Origin: a bacterium | Lineage (GTDB): Bacteria > Hinthialibacterota > Hinthialibacteria > Hinthialibacterales > Hinthialibacteraceae | NCBI GenBank assembly: GCA_963663405.2 | Contig: CAXXSM010000105.1 | Location: 63,326-127,325, forward strand | DNA: 64,000 nucleotides | Direction of reading: 5' to 3' | Shown here: in pieces, positions 1 to 10,538 of the stretch | Numbering within the stretch: position 1 is the stretch's first letter | How the letters are laid out: each line of letters begins with the position of its first letter | The notes under the pieces: model-generated | The model's input: only the letters and a program-made list of their open reading frames with translations | The model's database searches: none | Told to the model about the DNA's origin: nothing | Translations under genes and position numbers: made by a program

Positions 1-70
1 CCAGCTGGATATCTGAACAAGATCAATTGAAATGAAAAAACAACGTTCAAACGGTTCCTATCCCCACAAT

Positions 71-1456
71 CTAAAGTTTCCATGGTTCCCGATATTCATA
101 ATGTAGTAATTCATTCGCCTCTTTATTGTTCGTGATTACTTCTTTATCCGCATCCCAATCAATCCGTGATTTCGTCTGTAAGGCGATATTGCCCAGATGG
201 GCGAATGTAGTCGAGCGATGCCCCGTTTCGAGATCGCAGTTGGGCGTTTCACGGGATTTAACGCAGTCCAGGAAATTGCGGATATTTTGATACGTTAGAT
301 CGCCGTCCATCGATTCCACTTTCTCATTTTTCACATTCGATTTCTGGGTTTGGAACTGTCCGGGTCTTGCGGGAATAATTGAGTATCCATTGCCTTCCGA
401 TCCGGTATAAATGTTACCGAGTGTGCCCCGGAATTCGATTTCACCTTCAAGGAGAGCAGGGCCGCTGTTGGCTTCGTATTGTCCGAATATCAGCAGACAT
501 CCCGACGGCAGTTCGAAGATCACTTCCATCGTATCAGGAACCGTGCGATCGTCATCAACCGCGAAGCGTCCTCCATGCGCTGAAACTGAAATGGGAGCCA
601 ATTCATTGAGAACCCAGCGGATCGCGTCGCAGTAATGAACGCCCCAGTTCGCTATCTGAGACGAATATTTCTGCCACCACCGAAATTTATATGGCGTGAT
701 ATTGGTTTGAAACGAACGGTCGTTTCGTGGACCGAGCCACATATCCCAATTGAAATTCTTCAATGGTTTTTCCGGCTTATTCTTATTGATTCCAAGTGGA
801 TACATATTGCTGATTCGATACGCCCGCGCCACGGTCACTTTCCCGATCATTCCGTTTTGCACCTGCTCGCTGACCTGGCGGTACATCTTCGAGGACCGGC
901 GGTGCAGACCGACCTGCACGACACGATTGGTTTTCTTGGCCACCTCAACCATTTTCCGGCCTTCGTAAACGGTGATGGACAGCGGTTTCTCGACGTAGAC
1001 ATCCTTCCCCGCCTCGCAGGCCATGATCATTTGAATCGCATGCCAGTGATCCGGGGTGGCGATGGTTACCGCGTCGATATCATTCTGTTCCAACACACGC
1101 CGGAAATCCCCACAGCGCATAACATTATGATCAAATTTCTCTCCCATCCGGGGGATTCTCCCCCCAAGCGCGTCAAGCATATCCTTATCGACTTTGGACA
1201 GATCGCGCTGCACGTATGGTTCGTACACATCGCAGAGCGCCGCCACTTCCATATCGTCATTTTTCATAAAAGCGCTCAATAACTGAGATCCCCGGTTGCC
1301 CACGCCGATGAATCCAACCCGGATCCGGTCGTTAGCGCCTAGGACTCGGTTGCTTGAAACTGCGCTCAATCCCATTGTCACTCCCGCCGCCGCAATAGCC
1401 GACTTGCCGAAAAATCCCCGCCGTGTTGACTTCGTCTGTTTTTCACTCATCGTCAT
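71..1456 (-). CDS. Gfo/Idh/MocA family oxidoreductase with Tat signal peptide
   Basis: TRRGFFGK twin-arginine motif; RVGFIGVGNRG Rossmann motif; IATPDHWH and YVEKP family motifs; start may be ATG 1450. Confidence 0.9.
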   Translation of the reverse strand: MTMSEKQTKSTRRGFFGKSAIAAAGVTMGLSAVSSNRVLGANDRIRVGFIGVGNRGSQLLSAFMKNDDMEVAALCDVYEPYVQRDLSKVDKDMLDALGGRIPRMGEKFDHNVMRCGDFRRVLEQNDIDAVTIATPDHWHAIQMIMACEAGKDVYVEKPLSITVYEGRKMVEVAKKTNRVVQVGLHRRSSKMYRQVSEQVQNGMIGKVTVARAYRISNMYPLGINKNKPEKPLKNFNWDMWLGPRNDRSFQTNITPYKFRWWQKYSSQIANWGVHYCDAIRWVLNELAPISVSAHGGRFAVDDDRTVPDTMEVIFELPSGCLLIFGQYEANSGPALLEGEIEFRGTLGNIYTGSEGNGYSIIPARPGQFQTQKSNVKNEKVESMDGDLTYQNIRNFLDCVKSRETPNCDLETGHRSTTFAHLGNIALQTKSRIDWDADKEVITNNKEANELLHYEYREPWKL

Positions 1457-1572
1457 TCTCCTGCGTTTTGTGAATTTCTCTCATACATATCACATTTCAC
1501 AATAAAATTCTATCTGTAAAGCTGGGAATAAAATAAGAATGCTTTTCTGCCCTTGCAATTGATCCACATTCC

Positions 1573-2691
1573 TTACCATTCCGTAAACGATCCATCCTCC
1601 AATGTGAACACTGGTGTTTCCCAATCTCCTGCAAAGATTTTTTCCTGGATCGCTTCTTCATCCAACTCGATTCCCAAACCGGGTTTATCGGGTATTGGGA
1701 CATATCCATTCACTACGCGGAACGGATCGCGGATGTATCCTTCACCGAGAGAGAGATGTTCCTGAATGAGAAAGTTCGGTGTGCAGGCCGCGAGTTGGAG
1801 ACAGGCCGCCAACGCGATCGGCCCCAATGGGCAATGTGGAGCGACGGCGATGTTGCGGGCTTCGGCCATCGCGGCGATCTTACGGGCTTCGAAGATTCCT
1901 CCTACGTGCGAGAGATCCGGCTGGATGATCGCCGCCGCCTGGCGTTCGATTAGATCGTTGAATTGCCAGCGTGTAAACAGCCGTTCGCCTGTGGCGATGG
2001 GAATGATTGTGCTTTCGGCAATCTCCTTCATCGCGGTTACGTCACCCGGCAGGACCGGCTCTTCGATGAACATGGGATCGTATGGTTCAAGGAGGCGCGC
2101 CAACCGTTTCGCCAACGCGGGCGCGACACGTCCATGAAAATCCACTCCAATATCGATCCCCCGCCCGGCGGCCTCGCGCGCCTCGGCGACATTGGCCACG
2201 ATTCGGTCCATCATTTCAGGCGCCTCGACTGCGCGCACAGCGGGAACCGGTGTCATTTTGTACGCTGTAAACTGTCCGTCATCGATGCTGCGTTTGAAAT
2301 TCTCGATGTAATCGCCGGTTTTTTCCACATCCACCCAGCCATACATCCGCGCTTTCCCGCGCACTTTGCCTCCGAGCAACTGCCAGACGGGCGTTCCCAG
2401 CGATTTCCCCAAAATATCCCATAGCGCCTGTTCGACGCCGGAGAGGGCGCTGGTCAAGACCGGCCCGCCCCGGTAGAATGTGCCCCGGTAAATCGTCTGC
2501 CAATGCCGCTCGATTTCTCTTGGATCTTTTCCAAGGAGATACCGGCCGATTTCATGCACCGCCGTCTCTACGGTCTGCGTCCGCCCTTCCAGCGTCGGTT
2601 CACCCAAACCAGTGATCCCCTTATCCGTGTGGATTTTCAAAAACAACCACCGGGGTTTGACATGAAAGGTTTCTAATTTCGTGATTATCAT
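1573..2691 (-). CDS. dgoD: Galactonate dehydratase (mandelate racemase/enolase superfamily)
   Basis: N-terminus KPRWLFLKIHTD..GEPTLEGR; FYRGGPVLTSALSG; DFHGR, FIEEP, ATGERL metal-ligand motifs; APHCPLGPIALAACLQ. Start placed at ATG 2691 (ORF extends to 2706). Confidence 0.85.
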   Translation of the reverse strand: MIITKLETFHVKPRWLFLKIHTDKGITGLGEPTLEGRTQTVETAVHEIGRYLLGKDPREIERHWQTIYRGTFYRGGPVLTSALSGVEQALWDILGKSLGTPVWQLLGGKVRGKARMYGWVDVEKTGDYIENFKRSIDDGQFTAYKMTPVPAVRAVEAPEMMDRIVANVAEAREAAGRGIDIGVDFHGRVAPALAKRLARLLEPYDPMFIEEPVLPGDVTAMKEIAESTIIPIATGERLFTRWQFNDLIERQAAAIIQPDLSHVGGIFEARKIAAMAEARNIAVAPHCPLGPIALAACLQLAACTPNFLIQEHLSLGEGYIRDPFRVVNGYVPIPDKPGLGIELDEEAIQEKIFAGDWETPVFTLEDGSFTEW

Positions 2692-2804
2692 TGTAAAATC
2701 CCCCATCCTCTCTTTTCATTTCCATAGGATCAATGAACCCTATGATAACACGCCTCTCTTCTATTAGAATGACATGAAAACCATTTCACAAAGGAAGGTG
2801 AATT

Positions 2805-4260
2805 ATGATACGGCGAATTTTTTTGTTTCTAATCATTACTCTATGCGCGATGACATCTCAATACGTGAGTTCATCAGAAACCATCATCGATCTTGGTTCG
2901 CGGTTGGAACTATTTGCAGACCGGTATCTGATTGATGAATTGAATGGAACCGAATTGCGCCTTCATTCTCCCCAATGTACCGGCGCGGTTCTTCAATTCG
3001 ACAATCCGTGGGAAGGACGGTATTGCGGTTATTCCACTACGTTCAAAGATGGAGACAAATACCGTCTCTATTACCGTGGACTCCCTATGGCCGGTCGCGA
3101 TGGGAGCACGACGGAAGTGACGTGCTGCGCTGAAAGCGTGGATGGCGTAACATGGGAAAAACCGGATCTTGGAATTTACGAGATCATGGGGACGAGGAAA
3201 AACAATGTTGTGCTTTCCGGCATGGCTCCCTGCTCGCATAACTTCGCTCCATTTCTGGACACGAAACCGGCTGTTGCAAGCAACCAGCGCTACAAAGCCC
3301 TTGCAGGGACGGGGAATAGTGGGTTGATCGGTTTTGTCTCATCGGACGGCTTGCATTGGGAAAAAATACGGGAAGAGGCGCTTATCACTGAAGGCGCCTT
3401 TGATTCGCAGAACATCGCCTTTTGGTCAGAGGCGGAACAATGCTACGTCTGTTATTTCCGCACATGGACCAAGGGGGAATACAATGGCTATCGCACGATC
3501 AGCCGCTGTACATCTCCCGACTTTTTAAATTGGAGTGATCCAGTAGAGATGAGTTTCGGCGATACGCCACGCGAGCATCTTTACACAAACCAGACGCAGC
3601 CCTATTTCCGCGCGCCGCATCTTTACATCGCTCTCCCCGCGCGGTTTATGCCTGGACGCCGAGTACTGACCAAAGAGCAATTCGAAGCTCTTGGCGGCGA
3701 CGCGGGATATTCGGGCGATTGTTCAGATACTTGTTTTATGACCAGCCGGGGCGGATCTGTTTACGACCGCACATTCATGGAAGGTTTCGTACGGCCCGGA
3801 TTGGGTCTCAACAATTGGAGTTCCCGCACGAATTACACCACACATGGTATGCTCCCTACCGGGCCGGGTGAAATTTCCCTCTTCATTCAACGCAACTATG
3901 GTCAGCCCTCACACTACCTCGAACGCCTCACGCTGCGTACGGATGGATTCGCCTCCCTCCACGCCCCCTACACAGGAGGGGAAGCGCTGACAAAACCGTT
4001 CCGTTTCAAAGGCGAAAAAACTGACCATTAATTATTCCACCTCCGCCGCTGGAAGCATATGGATCGAAATACAGGACGCGCAAGGAAATCCCATCCCCGG
4101 CTACACCAAAGAAGACGCCGATGAAATCTTAGGCGATATGATCGAACGAACTGTCACATGGAAAGGGAATGCGGATGTAAGTTCTTTAGCTGGAAAACCG
4201 GTCCGGCTGCGGTTGATATTGAAGGATGCGGATTTGTATTCGATCCGGTTTGGGGGGTAG
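2805..4260 (+). CDS. Secreted beta-propeller glycoside-hydrolase-like protein (one frameshift at about 4015-4020)
   Basis: Signal peptide; Asp-box-like repeats (AESVDGVTWEK, SSDGLHWEK, TSPDFLNWS). Removing one A from the A6 run continues the frame as KLTINYSTSAAGSIWIEIQDAQG...DADLYSIRFGG to TAG at 4258-4260. Confidence 0.65.
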
Positions 4261-4283
4261 GATTGATGTTGGTTGAAGGCGCT

Positions 4284-4502
4284 CTATGATGTATCTCTTC
4301 GATTCAAATCCGCATGTTCATGGAGCAAGTCTTCTAAATAAACCTGAATCTCGTCTTTTTTGACATCTGGTGGGATCACAATATCATGCGCCGGTCTGTT
4401 GATTCCACCAGTGCCTTTAATTACTACTCGCCAACGATCATTCTCACGGATGATACGCAGTTTTTTTTCGTAGACAATTATGTCAAACTTTGTTGGCTCC
4501 AT
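4284..4502 (-). CDS. Small hypothetical protein (72 aa)
   Basis: Fills the gap co-directionally with the upstream ORF; GGATGAG-like RBS; motif RPAHDIVIPPD...YLEDLLHE resembles a conserved small-protein family. Confidence 0.6.
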   Translation of the reverse strand: MEPTKFDIIVYEKKLRIIRENDRWRVVIKGTGGINRPAHDIVIPPDVKKDEIQVYLEDLLHEHADLNRRDTS

Positions 4503-4522
4503 TTACGCTCATCCATCAAGAT

Positions 4523-4825
4523 CTACTGGACAAAATTTAACGCTGGATACCAAATTCCTTTAAAAACACAAATCCCTATATTCGGCTGCACATGACCGGC
4601 GTCTAATGTTCTTATATCAACATTCTCAATAATCTTCTTGACCGGAGGCAGTTCCTCATTTTCAAATAACTGTTCTTTTATAAGCCGCAACGCTTCGTTC
4701 GTATTCTCTGCGGTTACTCCATATCCATGTTGAATATAAATAGTGTGACGGTCATATATAGTGAAATCAAACTCAATCCAATATCGTATCATTGTATCGA
4801 GTTTGATTTTACGGTATTTATTCAT
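4523..4825 (-). CDS. Hypothetical protein, possibly immunity-protein-like
   Basis: AT-rich ORF with YWIEF, GYGVTA and HVQPNIG...GIWYP motifs; alternative start ATG 4792. Confidence 0.6.
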   Translation of the reverse strand: MNKYRKIKLDTMIRYWIEFDFTIYDRHTIYIQHGYGVTAENTNEALRLIKEQLFENEELPPVKKIIENVDIRTLDAGHVQPNIGICVFKGIWYPALNFVQ

Positions 4826-4869
4826 CGGATTTTCTTTTCAGCAACCGATCCGTAAAGAAACTAATCCAC

Positions 4870-5781
4870 TCACGCGTTCAGCGCTTTATCGATCCGGCCC
4901 ATGTTTTCGTCGATCTGCGCGGGATTCATCATGCCGATGGTCATGGAATCGACGAGATTGTTGTCGACGACGTATTTGATGGAGGCGTCTTTCTGCTCCG
5001 GTTCGGTGAATGTTCCTTCGCCATAGATTTTCATTCCAATGATGGCTTTTCCATTGGCGCGGGCTTTTTGGAGCGTGGGTGTGATTTCTTCCACCGGGCC
5101 ATCCATTTTGGTTCCGTCATGGTTGATACGGGCGAAGACGACATCCGTCCAATCAAGGTCGACGGCGGTTTTGAGGGCTTCATGATTGTGACACGAGACG
5201 CCGGCGGCGCGCACGATTCCTTTTTCTTTCAGTTCGGACAATTCATCCAACACACGTTTGTACCGATCCGGCCAGTCCGCATTGCTGAGGCAATGAAGCA
5301 GGCAGACGTCGATCATTTCCGTCCCCAGTTCTTTGCAATACCGTTCAACTTCTTCTTTGGCGCCGCCGGAGGGGATCATCCAATCACCCGATTTCCGAAG
5401 CCAAATCTTTGTCAAGATCACATATTTGTCTCTCGAGATTCCCTCCATCGCGTTTTTCGTGAATGGATGCGAGCCGTATAGATCGGCCATATCAATAAAG
5501 TTCAGTCCGTTATCGAATCCATGCCGGATCATTTCGGTGTATTTCTTTTGACCCTGCCGCGTCTGGTCGGAAGACCGGTTGTATCCGCGCATCCCCGTTC
5601 CCATCGCGAGGCGGGAAACGTAGATTCCGGTATTCTGTAATTCCACCCGGTCGGTGACGCTGCGGGAACCGTGTTTTTTCTCTTCCTTGTTGCTCTCAAC
5701 CGCCCAGGCTGCGCCCGCCGCCAGCGCTCCCGCGCCCACAAATGATTGTCCAATAAATCGCCGTCTAGATATATTGTTCAC
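4870..5781 (-). CDS. Aldo/keto reductase with Tat signal peptide
   Basis: SRRRFIG Tat motif; VSRLAMGT, FIDMADLYG (catalytic Asp/Tyr), ILTK, CLLH, GIVRAAGVS AKR motifs. Confidence 0.88.
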   Translation of the reverse strand: MNNISRRRFIGQSFVGAGALAAGAAWAVESNKEEKKHGSRSVTDRVELQNTGIYVSRLAMGTGMRGYNRSSDQTRQGQKKYTEMIRHGFDNGLNFIDMADLYGSHPFTKNAMEGISRDKYVILTKIWLRKSGDWMIPSGGAKEEVERYCKELGTEMIDVCLLHCLSNADWPDRYKRVLDELSELKEKGIVRAAGVSCHNHEALKTAVDLDWTDVVFARINHDGTKMDGPVEEITPTLQKARANGKAIIGMKIYGEGTFTEPEQKDASIKYVVDNNLVDSMTIGMMNPAQIDENMGRIDKALNA

Positions 5782-5971
5782 AATACGTCTCCTTTGGTTT
5801 CATCAACACGTTCTAAATATTCAGATCCTAATATATTGTAGAAGCGCCGCTGGGAAAATCCAATGAATTAAGACATTCATTTCGTTAGCAAATCGTGAGA
5901 CAAAGAAATTTCGTTCAACTGGGATTGCGGCTGAGACAGGGAATCAATATACTTCTCTTTCTGGCACCATT

Positions 5972-7765
5972 ATGAAACAAGAACACATCCGTAACTTTTC
6001 CATTATCGCGCATATCGACCATGGGAAAAGCACTCTCGCCGACCGCATTCTTGAAATGACGGGAAGTGTTTCCCAGCGGGATATGCGCGCCCAGTACCTG
6101 GACAGCATGGAACTGGAACGTGAACGGGGTATCACGATCAAGGCCCAATCCGCCCGCATTGTATACAAAGCCAAAGACGGGCGGGAATATCAGCTCAATT
6201 TGATCGACACACCCGGCCACGTTGACTTCACGTATGAAGTCTCCCGCTCCCTCGCCGCCTGTGAAGGCGCTGTGCTGGTTGTTGACGCCGCCCAGGGCAT
6301 CGAAGCCCAGACCGTCGCCAATCTCTATAAAGCCCTGGATGTAAATCTCGAAATTATCCCGGTTATCAACAAAATCGACCTTCCCAACGCCGATCCTGAA
6401 AACGTGATGCGTCAGATCCATGAATTGATCGGCAGCACAGAAGAGGAGATGATCCTCGCCAGCGCGAAAGCGGGAAAAGGCATCGAAGAGATCCTCGAAG
6501 CGGTCGTGCAGCGGATTCCTCCGCCGCATGGGAAAAAAGACGATCCACCCCGCGCGCTCGTTATCGACAGCGTGTTTGATATGTACCGGGGGGTGGTGAC
6601 ATATGTGCGTGTGGTCGATGGCGCGTTCCGTCCCCGCGATCCCGTTATCCTAATGGGGACGGGTGAAGAATATGAAATTGAAGAAGTGGGGATCTTCACG
6701 CCCAAGATGAAAAAGATCGACTGCCTCGAAACGGGCGAGGTGGGGTACATCATCGCCAATATTAAGGATGTGTCCGAAGCCAACATCGGCGATACGTTCA
6801 CACACAAAAAACACCGGGCGAAACAATCCCTGCCAGGCTACAATCCACCCCAGAGCATGGTATTCTGCGGACTCTATCCGATTGATCCGGATCAATACGA
6901 AGACCTTCGAAACAGCTTGGAAAAACTGCGACTGAATGACGCCTCGTTCCATTTCGAACCGGAATCCTCTCTCGCGTTGGGATTCGGGTTCCGGTGTGGT
7001 TTTCTGGGAATGCTGCACATGGAGGTGATCCAAGAACGGCTCGAACGGGAATTCGATCTATCTCTTATTACGACAGCGCCGAATGTCGCCTATGAGGTAG
7101 AGAAGACCGATGGGGAAGTGCTTCTCGTCGAGAATCCCACGGATCTGCCGCCACCCAATCTGATTCAAGAAACTCGTGAACCCTTTGTCTCAGCGACGAT
7201 TATCACATCGCCCGAATATATCGGCGGGATCATGAAACTGTCGATGGACCGGCGCGGCGTGGATAAGGGAATGGAATATATCTCTCCGGACAGGGCCGTG
7301 CTTCGATATGAATATCCTCTCTCTGAGATTATTCTTGATTTTTACGACAAACTGAAATCCACCTCGCGCGGTTACGCGTCGCTTGATTATGAATTTTTAG
7401 AATATCGGAAAGGGCCGTTAGTTAAACTTGACATGCTGCTCAACGGCAATCCCGTCGACGCGCTTTCTATCATTGTCCATCGGGACAAGGCGTTTCAGCG
7501 GGGGAAATTACTGGCGGAAAAATTGAAAGAGGTTGTCCCTCGACAGCAGTACGACGTCGCCATTCAAGCGGCGACCGGTTCAAAGATCATCGCGCGGGAG
7601 ACCGTCAAAGCCCTTCGAAAGAATGTCACCGCCAAATGTTATGGGGGGGATATCACACGAAAACGAAAACTCCTCGCCCGGCAGCGGGAAGGGAAAAAAC
7701 GGATGAAAAACATCGGGAATATTGAAATCCCGCAGGAAGCGTTCATGGCTATCCTTGACATTTAA
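5972..7765 (+). CDS. lepA: Elongation factor 4 (LepA)
   Basis: [41 protein letters not shown]; C-terminal [14 protein letters not shown]. Confidence 0.99.
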   Translation: MKQEHIRNFSIIAHIDHGKSTLADRILEMTGSVSQRDMRAQYLDSMELERERGITIKAQSARIVYKAKDGREYQLNLIDTPGHVDFTYEVSRSLAACEGAVLVVDAAQGIEAQTVANLYKALDVNLEIIPVINKIDLPNADPENVMRQIHELIGSTEEEMILASAKAGKGIEEILEAVVQRIPPPHGKKDDPPRALVIDSVFDMYRGVVTYVRVVDGAFRPRDPVILMGTGEEYEIEEVGIFTPKMKKIDCLETGEVGYIIANIKDVSEANIGDTFTHKKHRAKQSLPGYNPPQSMVFCGLYPIDPDQYEDLRNSLEKLRLNDASFHFEPESSLALGFGFRCGFLGMLHMEVIQERLEREFDLSLITTAPNVAYEVEKTDGEVLLVENPTDLPPPNLIQETREPFVSATIITSPEYIGGIMKLSMDRRGVDKGMEYISPDRAVLRYEYPLSEIILDFYDKLKSTSRGYASLDYEFLEYRKGPLVKLDMLLNGNPVDALSIIVHRDKAFQRGKLLAEKLKEVVPRQQYDVAIQAATGSKIIARETVKALRKNVTAKCYGGDITRKRKLLARQREGKKRMKNIGNIEIPQEAFMAILDI

Positions 7766-7789
7766 TTCCCTTCCGCTTAAAGGAGAGAT

Positions 7790-9616
7790 ATGAACGAATC
7801 TCTCCTAACCTCCAATCTAGATTTTCTCACCCGGTATTTTCCGGCCTTGACCAAGGTCATCCAACGTGGCGCCCTGCCCTCTTCCACTTGCCAACCCGAA
7901 ATCGTAGAGGGAAAGCGTGGATTTCCGACAGCGCGGATTGTAATGAATGGAACCGCGCACTATCTCCATTCGCGGTACGATCCTGTCAGTGAAGCCGAGC
8001 GATGGGCGTCGGGGAGCGCGCCGGATGATGGCTCCGTGGCGCTTCTGGTTGGATGGGGGATGGGCTATCACACAATCGAGTGGGTAAAACAGCATGGGAG
8101 GCGTGTCAAAGCGGTAGTGATTATCGAGCCGGAACCGGCCTTGTTTTTATCCTCCCTCTCGACCATCGATCTGCGCCAACTGACCGCCGCGCCCCGTGTG
8201 GAAATTGTTTTGGGTGAATCGGGGGACGAACTCTATCAGACGTTATTGAAGCAGATGGAGCATATTCTCTGCGCCGGTCTCTCTACATTCACGCTTCCCT
8301 TCATCCGGATTTATCCCACACAGACAATCGATACGATCCGGTCAACCTTACAAACATTAACCGTGACGAAAGAGAAGATGCTCGATCACATGGCCGGTTT
8401 GGGGTACCGCTGTCAAGAGAATATAATCCGCAATATAAACGCGATCTCCGATTGTTTTTTTCCCCGCGATCTGCGCAATGCGGCGAAAGGAATTCCCGCG
8501 ATCGTCATCGCGGCGGGCCCTTCGCTGGATCGAAACGTTCATCTGCTGGCGAAGGCGCGTGAAAGAGCGTGGCTCATCGCCGCCGATACCAGCCTGCGGG
8601 TATTGAAACAACATAGCATTGAGCCGCATATCGTTGTCACGAAAGATCCTACGGAACTAAATCGGGCGCATTTTGAAGAGTTTAACAATATCCAAACGAT
8701 CGCCCTTGCGTTCGATCCCCAGGCCGATCCTTCGATCCCCCCACGCTTCACAGGTCCGCGAATTCTATTGCCGAACCGTAATAACGCCATTCATCAACAC
8801 CTAAAAGGATTGGAATTGCAACCGGATGACGCGCTTCCGTTAAGTGTCAACGCTGCAGCCACCGCGTTTAATCTTGCTGTGGCAATGGGATGCGATCAGA
8901 TTGTTTTTACTGGATTGGATCTCTGCTTCTCGAATACCGAAGGCCCATCCCACGCGGCGGGTTCCGCGCTTCGATCCAAGACTTTTTTTTCCGCCGCGGA
9001 GGGGACGCTAACCTATTCGCGGGACGCGATGAGTGATGTGATTGACGTATTTGAAGTGGAAGGGATCGACGGAAAGCATTATCCCACCTCGGCTACATTC
9101 CATGAGGCGCTGCGGCAACTTGAAACATCGATCCAGGACGCTGGTGTCACGTGTATAGACGCGTCGGAAGGGGGCGCGAAAATCGCCGGGACGGAAATTA
9201 TTCCACTCGCGCAGGTTCTGGAACAATTGGACACGCCTCCAGTCAATCCAGGAATCCTATTTCAACGATCCCCACCCGCGCGCAATCGAAAAGCCATCCT
9301 GAGAAGCATTCAAAGCATCGCCGAACATATAGGATATTGTGGGAAAATCTCTCAAACGGCATTGGAAACAAAGCCCCGTGATTTAAGTATTCCACCAAGA
9401 TGGATCCAAGCGCAGGAGCAAATTGAAGAAGGCTACCTCCTTTATCATGAATTACAATCCGCTTTGGAGCGCGTATTAGTCGAAATCAGCCGTCCCCATT
9501 TCTGGGAGGAAGATCCAAAACAACCGGATGCGCTGCGCGAGCGGTATCAATGGTATTTCAGTGAAATTCTCCGCGCCTGCGAGACATTCGGGATGATATT
9601 TAGGGGATTCGGTTGA
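7790..9616 (+). CDS. Motility-associated factor (Maf)-like glycosyltransferase with MptE-like domain
   Basis: YLHSRYDPVSEA and VGWGMGYH N-domain; PAIVIAAGPSLD, IAADT, MGCDQIVFTGLDL, IDASEGGAKI are typical Maf/DUF115 motifs. Confidence 0.8.
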   Translation: MNESLLTSNLDFLTRYFPALTKVIQRGALPSSTCQPEIVEGKRGFPTARIVMNGTAHYLHSRYDPVSEAERWASGSAPDDGSVALLVGWGMGYHTIEWVKQHGRRVKAVVIIEPEPALFLSSLSTIDLRQLTAAPRVEIVLGESGDELYQTLLKQMEHILCAGLSTFTLPFIRIYPTQTIDTIRSTLQTLTVTKEKMLDHMAGLGYRCQENIIRNINAISDCFFPRDLRNAAKGIPAIVIAAGPSLDRNVHLLAKARERAWLIAADTSLRVLKQHSIEPHIVVTKDPTELNRAHFEEFNNIQTIALAFDPQADPSIPPRFTGPRILLPNRNNAIHQHLKGLELQPDDALPLSVNAAATAFNLAVAMGCDQIVFTGLDLCFSNTEGPSHAAGSALRSKTFFSAAEGTLTYSRDAMSDVIDVFEVEGIDGKHYPTSATFHEALRQLETSIQDAGVTCIDASEGGAKIAGTEIIPLAQVLEQLDTPPVNPGILFQRSPPARNRKAILRSIQSIAEHIGYCGKISQTALETKPRDLSIPPRWIQAQEQIEEGYLLYHELQSALERVLVEISRPHFWEEDPKQPDALRERYQWYFSEILRACETFGMIFRGFG

Positions 9617-9658
9617 AGACTGAAGACTGAAGGAGGTTTTTAGGGGATTCGGTTGAAG
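9599..9658. repeat. 20-bp direct repeat (TTTAGGGGATTCGGTTGAAG x2) with short TGAAGAC tandem
   Basis: Copies at 9599-9618 and 9639-9658; TGAAGAC at 9614 and 9621, TGAAGGA at 9628. Confidence 0.85.
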
Positions 9659-9771
9659 GATTATTTTTTGGGTTGCGATCTTTGACATGACGGCCTACTA
9701 GAATGGACTCCAATACAAAACATTTTTTTCATGAAATAGCCAAAAAAATAACCAATAAAGCGCTAGGGACG

Positions 9772-9801
9772 TTGACACATTAAGAATAAAAAGTATACGC
9801 T
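9772..9801 (+). promoter_or_regulatory. Candidate sigma70 promoter of the atp operon
   Basis: Perfect -35 TTGACA (9772-9777), 18-nt spacer, -10-like TACGCT (9796-9801). Confidence 0.45.
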
Positions 9802-9863
9802 ATTGGTAGCCGTTCTGTTTTGGGTTTGATGAATGAAAGAATAGGATTTTACGTTTGGATCGA

Positions 9864-10103
9864 ATGTCCAACGAAACGCCCCCAAAACCGAAATACGCAT
9901 GGATCCGAGTCGCCGGTCAATGTTCATTCATTCCGGTTTATTTGGCTCTGTTTCCAATCGCCTTCCGATATATCGGATTGTGGCTGGATGGGATGTGCGG
10001 CACAACGTGGTTGGAAAATGTGTTTTTGTTTCTTGGTTTGATATCAGGAGCGCGGCAGACGTATTTTTTGATTAAGAATTTAATTGAAGCGCAGGACCAA
10101 TAA
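9864..10103 (+). CDS. atpZ: AtpZ/AtpI family small membrane protein
   Basis: Two hydrophobic segments with YIGLWLD...GT.W...GLISG pattern; first gene of the atp operon. Confidence 0.7.
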   Translation: MSNETPPKPKYAWIRVAGQCSFIPVYLALFPIAFRYIGLWLDGMCGTTWLENVFLFLGLISGARQTYFLIKNLIEAQDQ

Positions 10104-10105
10104 AC

Positions 10106-10483
10106 GTGGGACCAGAGTGGCTTACACGGATCATTCGCCGGTCCTATCTGGTGACACTCGTTAGCTCGGTTTTTCTCTGGATGGTATGGGATTGGCCGCA
10201 TGCGCTTGGCGCTGCGTTTGGCGGATTTTGGTGCGCGGCGAATCTCTGGGCGCTTAAAGGTTTGGTTGAAGGAATTTGTCAATACCGAAGCGCATGGCGG
10301 GTGTTTTTTTTCGCTCAGATAAAAATACCCGTGTTGTATGGAATGGGATTTTTCGTATTGATAACCGTTCCACTTTCCGTTGGAGCGGCTATATTTGGAT
10401 TTAACATTCCATTTATATTGCTTGTTTTTGAAGCAGTGTTCTATCCGTCTCACGCCTCCAATATGGCTAAAAGGATACCTTAA
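10106..10483 (+). CDS. atpI: ATP synthase protein I
   Basis: 125-aa hydrophobic protein with about four TM segments, directly before atpB. Confidence 0.7.
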   Translation: MGPEWLTRIIRRSYLVTLVSSVFLWMVWDWPHALGAAFGGFWCAANLWALKGLVEGICQYRSAWRVFFFAQIKIPVLYGMGFFVLITVPLSVGAAIFGFNIPFILLVFEAVFYPSHASNMAKRIP

Positions 10484-10538
10484 GTTAGAGTCATTGACTA
10501 CCAGCGATTAAGGTAGAAGGAAGGATGATAGTATAGTC

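Noticed and set aside
1-30. Possible 3' end of a plus-strand gene (TGA at 28-30)
   Set aside because: Too little sequence to support a call
9599-9658. Direct repeat as a minimal CRISPR array
   Set aside because: Only two 20-bp copies, a 20-bp low-complexity spacer, overlap with a CDS end and no cas genes
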